Source: Balanoglossus misakiensis (Eukaryota; Animalia; Hemichordata). From it: a DNA stretch of 64,000 bases. The position numbers and the translations under genes were made by a program. Where the stretch lies: positions 6,270,172 through 6,334,171 of the forward strand of contig CM082593.2 in the NCBI GenBank assembly GCA_040954595.2, in the 5' to 3' direction. The notes beneath the pieces were generated by a model. The model had not been told where the DNA came from, did not search any database, and was given only the letters and a program-made list of their open reading frames with translations. Shown piece by piece: positions 34,201 through 45,290 of this stretch; the stretch's first letter is position 1, and every line of letters starts with the position of its first letter.

Positions 34201-37200
34201 GGTGTCAACTGATGTTGGTTCGAGACCACTTTTTTTCTATTTCTTTTTTTTTTGTGAGAACTTTTAACGACATTGTCATTGTAATTTTTATCAATTTCAT
34301 AAATCCAATTTATTTCAATATCTACGCTGCGTTTTTTATCTGTCGGGTATAAGAAACATGCAGGGAAACTTGGTCATTTTTTTGTCGCGGTTCACTTGGG
34401 CAAGTCTGAATACGTAGTGCTCAGGAAAGAGAAAGATAAACTCGCTAAAACCGTGTCTTTCCGTCCGCATGACCAAACAAGGAGCGAAAAAGTCATTATT
34501 TGGGCCGTAATAAAACGTTTTTGTCGCCGAAGAGTGAATAAAGAACGGTCAGATCGTTGCGGTGCAGGGAACTCTTATTTGCACCGCAGCGGTGAACTCT
34601 TATTTGCACCGCTGCGGTGCAAATAAGAGTTCGCACCGCTGCGGTGCAAATAAGATCATTGTAGTTATGCTGCAATATAGTGCGGTAAATTTCCGACTTT
34701 TTCGAGAACACATCGTGATGGCGAAGGGTTCAGGAAGGCTTGACTTTTACCTCAAGGTGTCAACTGATGTTGGTTCGAGACCACTTTTTTTTCTATTTTT
34801 TTTTTGTGAGAACTTTTAACGACATTGTCATTGTAATTTTTATCAATTTCATAAATCCAATTTATTTCAATATCTACGCTGCGTTTTTTATCTGTCGGGT
34901 ATAAGAAACATGCAGGGAAACTTGGTCATTTTTTGTCGCGGTTCACTTGGGCAAGTCTGAATACGTAGTGCTCAGGAAAGAGAAAGATAAACTCGCTAAA
35001 ACCGTGTCTTTCCGTCCGCATGACCAACCAAGGAGCGAAAAAGTCATTATTTGGGCCGTAATAAAACGTTTTTGTCGCCGAGGAGTGAATAAAGAACGGT
35101 CAGATCGTTGCGGTGCAGGGAACTCTTATTTGCACCGCAGCGGTGAACTCTTATTTGCACCGCTGCGGTGCAAATAAGAGTTCGCACCGCTGCGGTGCAA
35201 ATAAGATCATTGTAGTTATGCTGCAATATAGTGCGGTAAATTTCCGACTTTTTCGAGAACACATCGTGATGGCGAAGGGTTCAGGAAGGCTTGACTTTTA
35301 CCTCAAGGTGTCAACTGATGTTGGTTCGAGACCACTTTTTTTCTATTTCTTTTTTTTTTGTGAGAACTTTTAACGACATTGTCATTGTAATTTTTATCAA
35401 TTTCATAAATCCAATTTATTTCAATATCTACGCTGCGTTTTTTATCTGTCGGGTATAAGAAACATGCAGGGAAACTTGGTCATTTTTTTGTCGCGGTTCA
35501 CTTGGGCAAGTCTGAATACGTAGTGCTCAGGAAAGAGAAAGATAAACTCGCTAAAACCGTGTCTTTCCGTCCGCATGACCAAACAAGGAGCGAAAAAGTC
35601 ATTATTTGGGCCGTAATAAAACGTTTTTGTCGCCGAAGAGTGAATAAAGAACGGTCAGATCGTTGCGGTGCAGGGAACTCTTATTTGCACCGCAGCGGTG
35701 AACTCTTATTTGCACCGCTGCGGTGCAAATAAGAGTTCGCACCGCTGCGGTGCAAATAAGATCATTGTAGTTATGCTGCAATATAGTGCGGTAAATTTCC
35801 GACATTTTCGAGAACACATCGTGCTGGCGAAGGGTTCAGGAAGGCTTGACTTTTACCTCAAGGTGTCAACTGATGTTGGTTCGAGACCGCTTTTTTCTAT
35901 TTCTTTTTTTTTGTGAGAACTTTTAACGACATTGTCATTGTAATTTTTATCAATTTCATAAATCCAATTTATTTCAATATCTACGCTGCGTTTTTTATCT
36001 GTCGGGTATAAGAAACATGCAGGGAAACTTGGTCATTTTTTGTCGCGGTTCACTTGGGCAAGTCTGAATACGTAGTGCTCAGGAAAGAGAAAGATAAACT
36101 CGCTAAAACCGTGTCTTTCCGTCCGCATGACCAAACAAGGAGCGAAAAAGTCATTATTTGGGCCGTAATAAAACGTTTTTGTCGCCGAAGAGTGAATAAA
36201 GAACGGTCAGATCGTTGCGGTGCAGGGAACTCTTATTTGCACCGCAGCGGTGAACTCTTATTTGCACCGCTGCGGTGCAAATAAGAGTTCGCACCGCTGC
36301 GGTGCAAATAAGATCATTGTAGTTATGCTGCAATATAGTGCGGTAAATTTCCGACATTTTCGAGAACACATCGTGCTGGCGAAGGGTTCAGGAAGGCTTG
36401 ACTTTTACCTCAAGGTGTCAACTGATGTTGGTTCGAGACCACTTTTTTTCTATTTCTTTTTTTTTGTGAGAACTTTTAACGACATTGTCATTGTAATTTT
36501 TATCAATTTCATAAACCCAATTTATTTCAATATCTACGCTGCGTTTTTTATCTGTCGGGTATAAGAAACATGCAGGGAAACTTGGTCATTTTTTTGTCGC
36601 GGTTCACTTGGGCAAGTCTGAATACGTAGTGCTCAGGAAAGAGAAAGATAAACTCGCTAAAACCGTGTCTTTCCGTCCGCATGACCAACCAAGGAGCGAA
36701 AAAGTCATTATTTGGGCCGTAATAAAACGTTTTTGTCGCCGAAGAGTGAATAAAGAACGGTCAGATCGTTGCGGTGCAGGGAACTCTTATTTGCACCGCA
36801 GCGGTGAACTCTTATTTGCACCGCTGCGGTGCAAATAAGAGTTCGCACCGCTGCGGTGCAAATAAGATCATTGTAGTTATGCTGCAATATAGTGCGGTAA
36901 ATTTCCGACATTTTCGAGAACACATCGTGATGGCGAAGGGTTCAGGAAGGCTTGACTTTTACCTCAAGGTGTCAACTGATGTTGGTTCGAGACCGCTTTT
37001 TTCTATTTCTTTTTTTTTTGTGAGAACTTTTAACGACATTGTCATTGTAATTTTTATCAATTTCATAAATCCAATTTATTTCAATATCTACGCTGCGTTT
37101 TTTATCTGTCGGGTATAAGAAACATGCAGGGAAACTTGGTCATTTTTTGTCGCGGTTCACTTGGGCAAGTCTGAATACGTAGTGCTCAGGAAAGAGAAAG

Positions 37201-38485
37201 ATAAACTCGCTAAAACCGTGTCTTTCCGTCCGCATGCATGACCAACCAAGGAGCGAAAAAGTCATTATTTGGGCCGTAATAAAACGTTTTTGTCGCCGAG
37301 GAGTGAATAAAGAACGGTCAGATCGTTGCGGTGCAGGGAACTCTTATTTGCACCGCAGCGGTGAACTCTTATTTGCACCGCTGCGGTGCAAATAAGAGTT
37401 CGCACCGCTGCGGTGCAAATAAGATCATTGTAGTTATGCTGCAATATAGTGCGGTAAATTTCCGACTTTTTCGAGAACACATCGTGATGGCGAAGGGTTC
37501 AGGAAGGCTTGACTTTTACCTCAAGGTGTCAACTGATGTTGGTTCGAGACCACTTTTTTTCTATTTCTTTTTTTTTTGTGAGAACTTTTAACGACATTGT
37601 CATTGTAATTTTTATCAATTTCATAAATCCAATTTATTTCAATATCTACGCTGCGTTTTTTATCTGTCGGGTATAAGAAACATGCAGGGAAACTTGGTCA
37701 TTTTTTTGTCGCGGTTCACTTGGGCAAGTCTGAATACGTAGTGCTCAGGAAAGAGAAAGATAAACTCGCTAAAACCGTGTCTTTCCGTCCGCATGACCAA
37801 ACAAGGAGCGAAAAAGTCATTATTTGGGCCGTAATAAAACGTTTTTGTCGCCGAAGAGTGAATAAAGAACGGTCAGATCGTTGCGGTGCAGGGAACTCTT
37901 ATTTGCACCGCAGCGGTGAACTCTTATTTGCACCGCTGCGGTGCAAATAAGAGTTCGCACCGCTGCGGTGCAAATAAGATCATTGTAGTTATGCTGCAAT
38001 ATAGTGCGGTAAATTTCCGACTTTTTCGAGAACACATCGTGCTGGCGAAGGGTTCAGGAAGGCTTGACTTTTACCTCAAGGTGTCAACTGATGTTGGTTC
38101 GAGACCACTTTTTTTCTATTTCTTTTTTTTTTGTGAGAACTTTTAACGACATTGTCATTGTAATTTTTATCAATTTCATAAATCCAATTTATTTCAATAT
38201 CTACGCTGCGTTTTTCACATGTCGGGTATAAGAAACATGCAGGGAAACTTGGTCATTTTTTGTCGCGGTTCACTTGGGCAAGTCTGAATACGTAGTGCTC
38301 AGGAAAGAGAAAGATAAACTCGCTAAAACCGTGTCTTTCCGTCCGCATGACCAACCAAGGAGCGAAAAGGTCATTATTTGGGCCGTAATAAAACGTTTTT
38401 GTCGCCGAGGAGTGAATAAAGAACGGTCAGATCGTTGCGGTGCAGGGAACTCTTATTTGCACCGCAGCGGTGAACTCTTATTTGC
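31295..38485. repeat. Tandem array of 13 near-identical ~553-bp monomers with a palindromic 26-bp subrepeat cluster at monomer junctions
   Basis: GAACACATCG recurs 13 times from ~31380 to ~38030. Perfect palindrome GAACTCTTATTTGCACCGC-T-GCGGTGCAAATAAGAGTTC, for example at 32401-32439. Confidence 0.97.
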
Positions 38486-38848
38486 TAGAATCTCACTTTG
38501 GGCTGTGATCTAGGCTATGGACATATTATTTCCTCGACCTGGTAATTTGCAAGGCCTAAAACTTGACAAAGACTCCAGGAGTCCAAATACATGTACTTCG
38601 AACTGTGATGATGGGGAATAAAATTCATATAAAGTGATGAAACGGGAATTATATCGATCGGCCAAAACATTTAAGAATCTGAAACATTCGACGCTTGTGG
38701 CGCCCTCCAGAGCCGACGTGACTGACCACATCCAACACATACTCCACCAAGAACAAGTCCCCTCTGGTAATTCATCTGTCTCTCAAGCGATAGTACATGA
38801 CATTTGGCTATTTATGAACCACTGTTGGATCACAGGCGTGCTTGAATT

Positions 38849-39000
38849 TGAGCTGATAATCCCCCTAATCTCTGGAATTAGCGGATCGGCCTATCTCTAC
38901 AATAACTGACTCAGTAACGTGACGTGATGAACCAATATAGCCCGTTTACGCTTAACATTCCAGAGATTATCCGCTAATTCTTGAGATTATCGTCCGCTCA
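38849..39000. mobile_element. Degenerate foldback/MITE-like element
   Basis: Inverted pairs TAATCTCTGGAA/TTCCAGAGATTA and AATTAGCGGAT/ATCCGCTAATT, outer TGAGC/GCTCA. No clear TSD. Confidence 0.4.
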
Positions 39001-39799
39001 CAGTGGGCCACTGTGCATGTATGTGGATATATAGAAGCGAACAAAACGGCAGAGCAAAAGAATATAGAGCCCCTATACGTGCGAAGTCATCTTGCATATG
39101 TTGTACAAGGTTGTCTGTATCTACCCCAGGGGTCCAATCTGGCAATTTGGCAAATATTTAATATTCAAGTCACGTTCACGTCAAATTACCCACTGCTCTC
39201 TGCACGTGGATGGTTGTATCACTTTCTGCGACCATAGAAAAATCAAACTCGACAATTCCTTGGCTGATATTTCATGATAAAAGTGCACAGCGCATGATGT
39301 TTACTGAAAGTTTGTTTTATCATAACATTGCAATTTGGGGTCATAAGTAGAGGAATGTCAAGTGGGGGACAGGGAAGAGTTACAACTTAATGGGGTTTAT
39401 ATCAACAAAAGTAGGTCATTTATGATAGAAAGAGATTAACGATATATAGGCACTTCAAAAGTATCTTTCCGGGTTTCAAACTGAACCAAAAATCAAATTT
39501 CTGAGGATGTATCATTTATTAAAAACTTCAACTATCGTTAGCAGCAATTTATAAACGTAAAATGACTTTAATTTTTTCACCAAATATTTTAGGTATGCTG
39601 TATCAAAATTGTGCGTGCGGATGGCGCTGGTATCTGGGCAACAGCGTCCTGTAAGCGTCATACCGTCCGAGAAACTTCGGTGCGTGAAAGTGAATGTTGT
39701 CGATTTCGTATTCGATTTCATGATGACTGATAATTGGACGATTGGATGGCATACGTGTTTCAGGTGACTGTCTGGTGTCCGTCCTAATTACATAACTTA

Positions 39800-40113
39800 C
39801 GCATCTTGTCTGCCTACTTGACTCAAATGCAAACACGCGTCGCTGTTTGTCATATTCATGTATTCTGCAGCACGGGAAGCCGTTGAGACCGGCGACAATC
39901 ACTGGCTGCCGGTCCCTCTCACCGGAAAGTATGTCAAACCCTCCCTCTCTGTGAGTGCTCTGTCTGGATTGCTTATTTGCATACGGCGCGCCGTTCACTT
40001 CAAAGTTTCCATCGTCTGCACTAGGACACGGCTGGCTGGGCGGCTAAAGCTTGACTATTAAACCTGAAAATCGGCAGAGCTTTACGGGGGAAATTCGCAA
40101 CAACTTAAAAAAA
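39800..40113 (+). promoter_or_regulatory. Probable promoter and non-coding first exon of the SPARC-family gene
   Basis: CpG-rich, with ACCGGAAAGT and the octamer ATTTGCAT, ending in a GTAAGT donor at 40114. The link to the downstream gene is inferred. Confidence 0.4.
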
Positions 40114-43100
40114 GTAAGTACAATCATTTACCACAAAAATATTATGAAAGTTGCCTCTGTCAGTTGTCAGAGTACAATATAATCAGTTACATTCCCATAC
40201 AAGAAGTTATGATACAATTACTACTTAGCGCGTCTAGCAAGTACACGAAGATTTTGTAAGGAGGTCAGTATAACCTGAGCGATCTATCAGCACTCAATGC
40301 TATATGAAAACCCAAATTAAAGTGGAAATTGTTATCAACATATTTGTATAAGAGTGGGGGGAGACGAACAGGGCAAAAGCGCTCTTTTTTGACCGCGGTT
40401 TTGTCGAAGCGTCTGCTGTACTAAACTTTGAAATGTACATGTACTCTATTTCAGTAACACTATGGCTGTGCGTATGGTGCTGTCCGTTTTTGTGATGGTT
40501 ATGTGTTTGGCAGCCGTCTGTGTCCGTGTAAGTATATTTCCCAAAGTTGAAAGAAATGAAAGAATTAGCCTTGTCAGGGATATGACTCACTGATAACTAC
40601 CGGTATTCCCTGGTATCAATCAGTATAGAATGCGCCTATTATGTGAGCGTGAAGTTATGTTTGGGGGGCGCGCGCGCGCTTATCTCCGCAGCTTACGTGC
40701 GTTTTACACTGTGCGTTGTAGCGTTGAAGTACTGTTTTGAAAGTAGTTAACATAATTTGTCTGGTTTCAGTTACTAAGTAAGTAGCTAGGTAGTTATAAA
40801 TTATTTGGTTTATAGTTTTTGACTGTCATCTTTCGAGTTCTACCTCCTACCACACCAACTGATCGTCATGCCCCCACTGATAATAAAATTTGCATAAATG
40901 GCTAAAATCATGATAAAAGAACTGCGACCTTGCGTGGTTTGGTTTTTCGGTAGGCGGACTTGTGTTATAAAATTTCCTTTCCAAATACACGTTTAAATGC
41001 CAAGCAGAAGCAAAGTTTTGATGAAAATCGACACTTCTTATGATGAATGTAACACCAAATAACAAATTTCAAAGTTTTCCAAAAAATTATCCCAGTGTTA
41101 GAAACTTTTTTTTCTTTTGGTCACTGATATGGTAGTTAATAGCCTTTGATGGAAAGATATTGATCCAATCCATTGACCGCCATCAGTTTCAGAAACTATT
41201 CACAGGAAACTATAAAGAAACACTTCCGATATGCTTGTGGTCATTATAAACATTGCATGAATGTGTCTGAAATTTGAAAAGTTACTTGTTCCACCAAAGG
41301 AATCAATGGATGGTCTGTTGACTGTAGCCAGGGGTATGTGGTGTTTCATATAGTAGGTTTTTTTACCTGGCGACATCTGATACTGACCGCAAAACTCAAC
41401 TGAAATGTTCTAAAATTACTTCTCAAAAAAAAGGGAGAGATCTCTCGCGTTGCAAAATGACGCCATTGTTAGCCGGTCCATTTAGAAAACTGAAAAGCAC
41501 TCTTGATATTAAGCTGTGTGTTTTACAACATGTCTGCCCGAAGTCAGACCGGGAAGTCTGCACAATACCGGCCCTTGTTTTCTTTGATCTGAAATAATCC
41601 TTGGAATAAACCTAAAAGTTAGATTTTCATCGGGGGCTGTAGGCTGTCTTGAAAGTACAGATAACGTTGCTGAGAGAAAAAGGGTCTACACCCAGAGGTA
41701 TTTCCGCAAAAATATTAAAGTACCAGTGTTTATTGACAAAAACTGTAAACTTGGAACTCAATTTCATGATCTGAGCTAAAACACACAGACAAGAAAAACT
41801 AAAGATGCAGCTACTGGTCTCAGGAATTTCACAGTGAGACGAAGTTAAGTCCAGGCCATTCAAACAGAAATTCTTGTTAAAAGCTGAGTCGACAATAACT
41901 GTTGGGGATTTTGTTGAAAGTGCTAGTTCAATAGAGAAAGGCTATAAAGATTAGTTATTGTCCTACACAGTCTAGAATAGCTCGATCTTCTATAGATATC
42001 TTGGCTCTCAGTGAACCTGCAGTGACAGTAGGCGGAAGACAGACAATTATCCTTGAAATTTGACGGGTATTGTCTCAGATAATCTTGTTTTTCCCACTTT
42101 GTCCTAACTGTTCACCGAAATGAAAGTCTTCTTTTCAAGTCCCTTTCTTAACCATTCTTTCTGAAAAATTTCAATTCTGCAGGACCGTCAGTGACACCCT
42201 CCCAGATACATTGAATATTCAGCAACAATCTGAATTAGGTCACATATTTCAACAGGCTCTACAAAAAAAAAGCTTTTCAGAACGGATCTCCATAAATCAT
42301 TCTCTTTGAAAGACAGAGACACTAATATTTCTTTTATCCGTTCTTAAATCTGATCTCAAACTGGACACAATTCTCACCAGTGGTTGTCCAGACTGATGAA
42401 TGGATTAGGAGCTGGTTAGGGATTAATCATAATCTGGCCATAATCCTCCGGCCAAGTGAGGGGTCATACACACGGGTTTACCTACAGTCCACTCTTCTGG
42501 ACAAATAAAAGGTCAAACTACCATAGAGAGATTTCCTGTTAAGTTTGACCACTGTATGGTAATGTGTTATGGCTACTATCAGAAGGTTACATCCTGACAA
42601 TCTTACAATTGTATGTTTACTCTGTCACTTTGAGGGCACTTTTATTTACATTGTCACTTAAAAGCTCTTAAGTACACCCAGTGGGATAAAAATAGAATTC
42701 TCAATAACTTGATAATTATAATATAACTGTCATGTCAGTATACCCAAAGTAAATTGTACTTACCTCGTTACCTTGGTTACCGAACATACTCATGTCACCA
42801 TTTGCTACTAAAATCAGAATATATCATTCTCTTGAGATATAAAGGGAAAAGCTCTTGTTAGAAATAATTAAAGTATATTTCACAAATTCCATAAAAGAGG
42901 GCATGGTTTGTGTGAGAAAACAGGGTCTTTTGCAACTTAAAGTCAGACCACAGAAAAACAAAGTACAAAACAAAAACCTGTTTTAAATGGTTGTGAATTA
43001 GAGCTCCAACATTCAATCATTTGTATTTCTGGTTCAGAAACAGTAGAAAGAATTTCGCAGAACGTAAATTCTAATTCGTGACAGAGAAAGCACACTACAG

Positions 43101-43623
43101 CTTCAGGGATCGGATTTTTCTACAGAACCAATATTTTCACAGCCACCACATGTTTGCATGCATATGCCTGTTTTTTCCTCAGCTGTTAGAGCAGTAGCTT
43201 TTTTCCTGCATTCCTGAAAAAGAAAGCAGCTAAAGAACTCCAAACCAAAGTCACGTCAAGGGGAAGATATTTCGTCCCTCAAGAGTGGGAACCTCAAAGG
43301 CTGTTTACTCGCTTGTCTCGCGTGGTCTGCCCGGTCATTTGCATCTAAAGTGATTTCTCTCGTTGTAATCTCGTCTTTTAAAGATTACAGAAAGACCACT
43401 CCTTTTTCCCCCCTCCATCACTATAAAGTGTGTTCAAATATAGAAACAATTCTTTCAAATAGCTTTTAATCGTACACAGCTTCCGAAGACAATTGGTGTC
43501 AGGATTCAATGGCGGTATTTGCTCAAAACAGTTCCAAGCATTTGATTTGTGAGAAAACTATCCCCCGCAAGTCATGAAGGAATCAGTTTGACCATGGTTA
43601 TGAAACTGCTTTTCACACCTTAA

Positions 43624-44226
43624 AGCCCCAGTATTTCTCGTGTGTATCCATTTTTCATCATCGAAAAATGCCCGTTTTTCCCGTACATTCATCATGGAAT
43701 ACTACATAATGAAGATAGAAGAAAGGTTTGGGCAACTGTAGCTACGTGCAAGCTGTAAATATTGCCCGTAACACTTGAAATGATGTGCGGGTTTGTTTAC
43801 AACGGAAATGTTGTACATGTTGATCAGCAAACGTGCCACTTTGACATTTTGATGGTCAGACCATTTTCGGATTTGATCTGGTTCCATCGACTGATTTCTC
43901 CCATAAAGTTATCTTCCCAAAATTTCGCCGAATTAGTGCGCATTTCTTCGCTGAGTCGCTTGATTTGGGGAGACCAAACCTCTTCCGCATAGATTCACAT
44001 TTGAGTGCGCATGCGCACTAGTCACGTGCGTCAACAGGAGCCTGACTCACGTGACTTTCTGTCCGGACAGAAAGTCATTCTTCACTCGTTATATTGTAAA
44101 TTGTATGAGTTTATGAGCAGAGCTGGGGATGATGACTGTTCGATTCAGTATCAATTATCATCTACTTTTAGAAATTATAGATGCCGTTTCAAACAAAATT
44201 TTGCCCCTACGAGAAATACTGAGGCT
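43624..44226 (+). mobile_element. ~600-bp non-autonomous DNA transposon with TTAA TSD (Kolobok-like), copy 1
   Basis: TIR AGCC(C/T)CAGTATTTCTCGT, with TTAA at 43620-43623 and 44227-44230. A near-identical inverted copy lies at 57384-57978. Confidence 0.88.
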
Positions 44227-45290
44227 TTAAAGGTTTAAATGTTAGCCTAGCTTGGGAGCAGTTAATTCGAACTAAAAATAGTTCCTATTTTCCCCCCTTA
44301 CAAAATCTTGTTTTTCATGCACTCATGCAAGACTTTGAAAGTTCTGTTCCATACATAAAACAAATATCTATATGTATCAGGATTAAGACAATGGTTTTGA
44401 AAAGGAAAACTATTCCTTGACAAAGGTGTGTGTGTTTTGTCCATAAAATTGTCTCAAAACCGGTGTCTTGGTTGGACACTTTAAACAGAGAATTCAACTA
44501 TGTAGCCTGTATTTAGAGAATTATCAGATTTGAGATGCATTTGCTGAGACTTATCCACAATGACTTGGGTATAATTAACCCTCATTAAGGCTTATTGTTT
44601 TCAAGAGGCATCACAGTTAATTAAAAGCCTTTAATTTACGGTCATTAAGTTTGAATAGGACCTACAGTGCTTTAAGGGCAGATGAATTAGGATTTGAAGA
44701 CAGTAACCAATTCCAACTCATTTGTACCTGGCAGACTAAAGTGGCACTTTGATTTGCATCCTGTTCACCCCTGTTTCTGGATGCACAGGTCCAAATTTTC
44801 CATTGGAAATTAGTAGCTGCAAGCAACAAGTTCAGGACGTAAATAAACACCTTTGAAAACAGAAAATCGCTAACAGCTCACAAAGTCTGGATCTGTGTGG
44901 AGGTTAAAAGCATACGATCGGGCCCCCTCGATGTCTTGCGGGGTCTAGTTTGTACAGCGACTCTGAAGATCGAGTTAACAAAGAAAATAACCAATCCGAA
45001 AGAACTTTGCAAGACCACAGCAGTGGTTTCTGGCATTTCGAAAAGAGTGAACCGATGCTGCTCCACAATTAAAATCTTTATGTATCACATGGATAAACAA
45101 ATATATCTGACATTCTATCATCCACCAGAACTATAATTTGAACAAACCACTGTTACAATATACTACACACCAACAAGTGGGTGGTACGTGCAAGTTATTC
45201 CATCGGTTTGGATCACAAAATAGTTGTTGAAGTTGTCCTCAAGTTAGCTATTTTATTGTATATGTATGTGTTTAGATAACACAGATCCCT

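Noticed and set aside
31295-38485. CRISPR-like reading of palindromic repeats at regular spacing
   Set aside because: The intervening sequences are ~500 bp and identical rather than unique spacers. The context is eukaryotic and there are no cas genes.
31584-38513. Recurrent 70-130 aa ORFs in the 553-bp array (MGKSEY.., MQGTLIC.., MFSKKSE..)
   Set aside because: They repeat only because the DNA repeats. They start at non-ATG codons or shift frame at variable poly-T tracts, and contain no recognisable domain.
42390-42420. CTGATGA hammerhead-like core
   Set aside because: There are no flanking stems and no correctly placed GAAA/NUH.
43702-44238. Duplicated ORFs shared with 57369-57900
   Set aside because: They are chance frames inside a non-autonomous transposon, with no transposase motifs.
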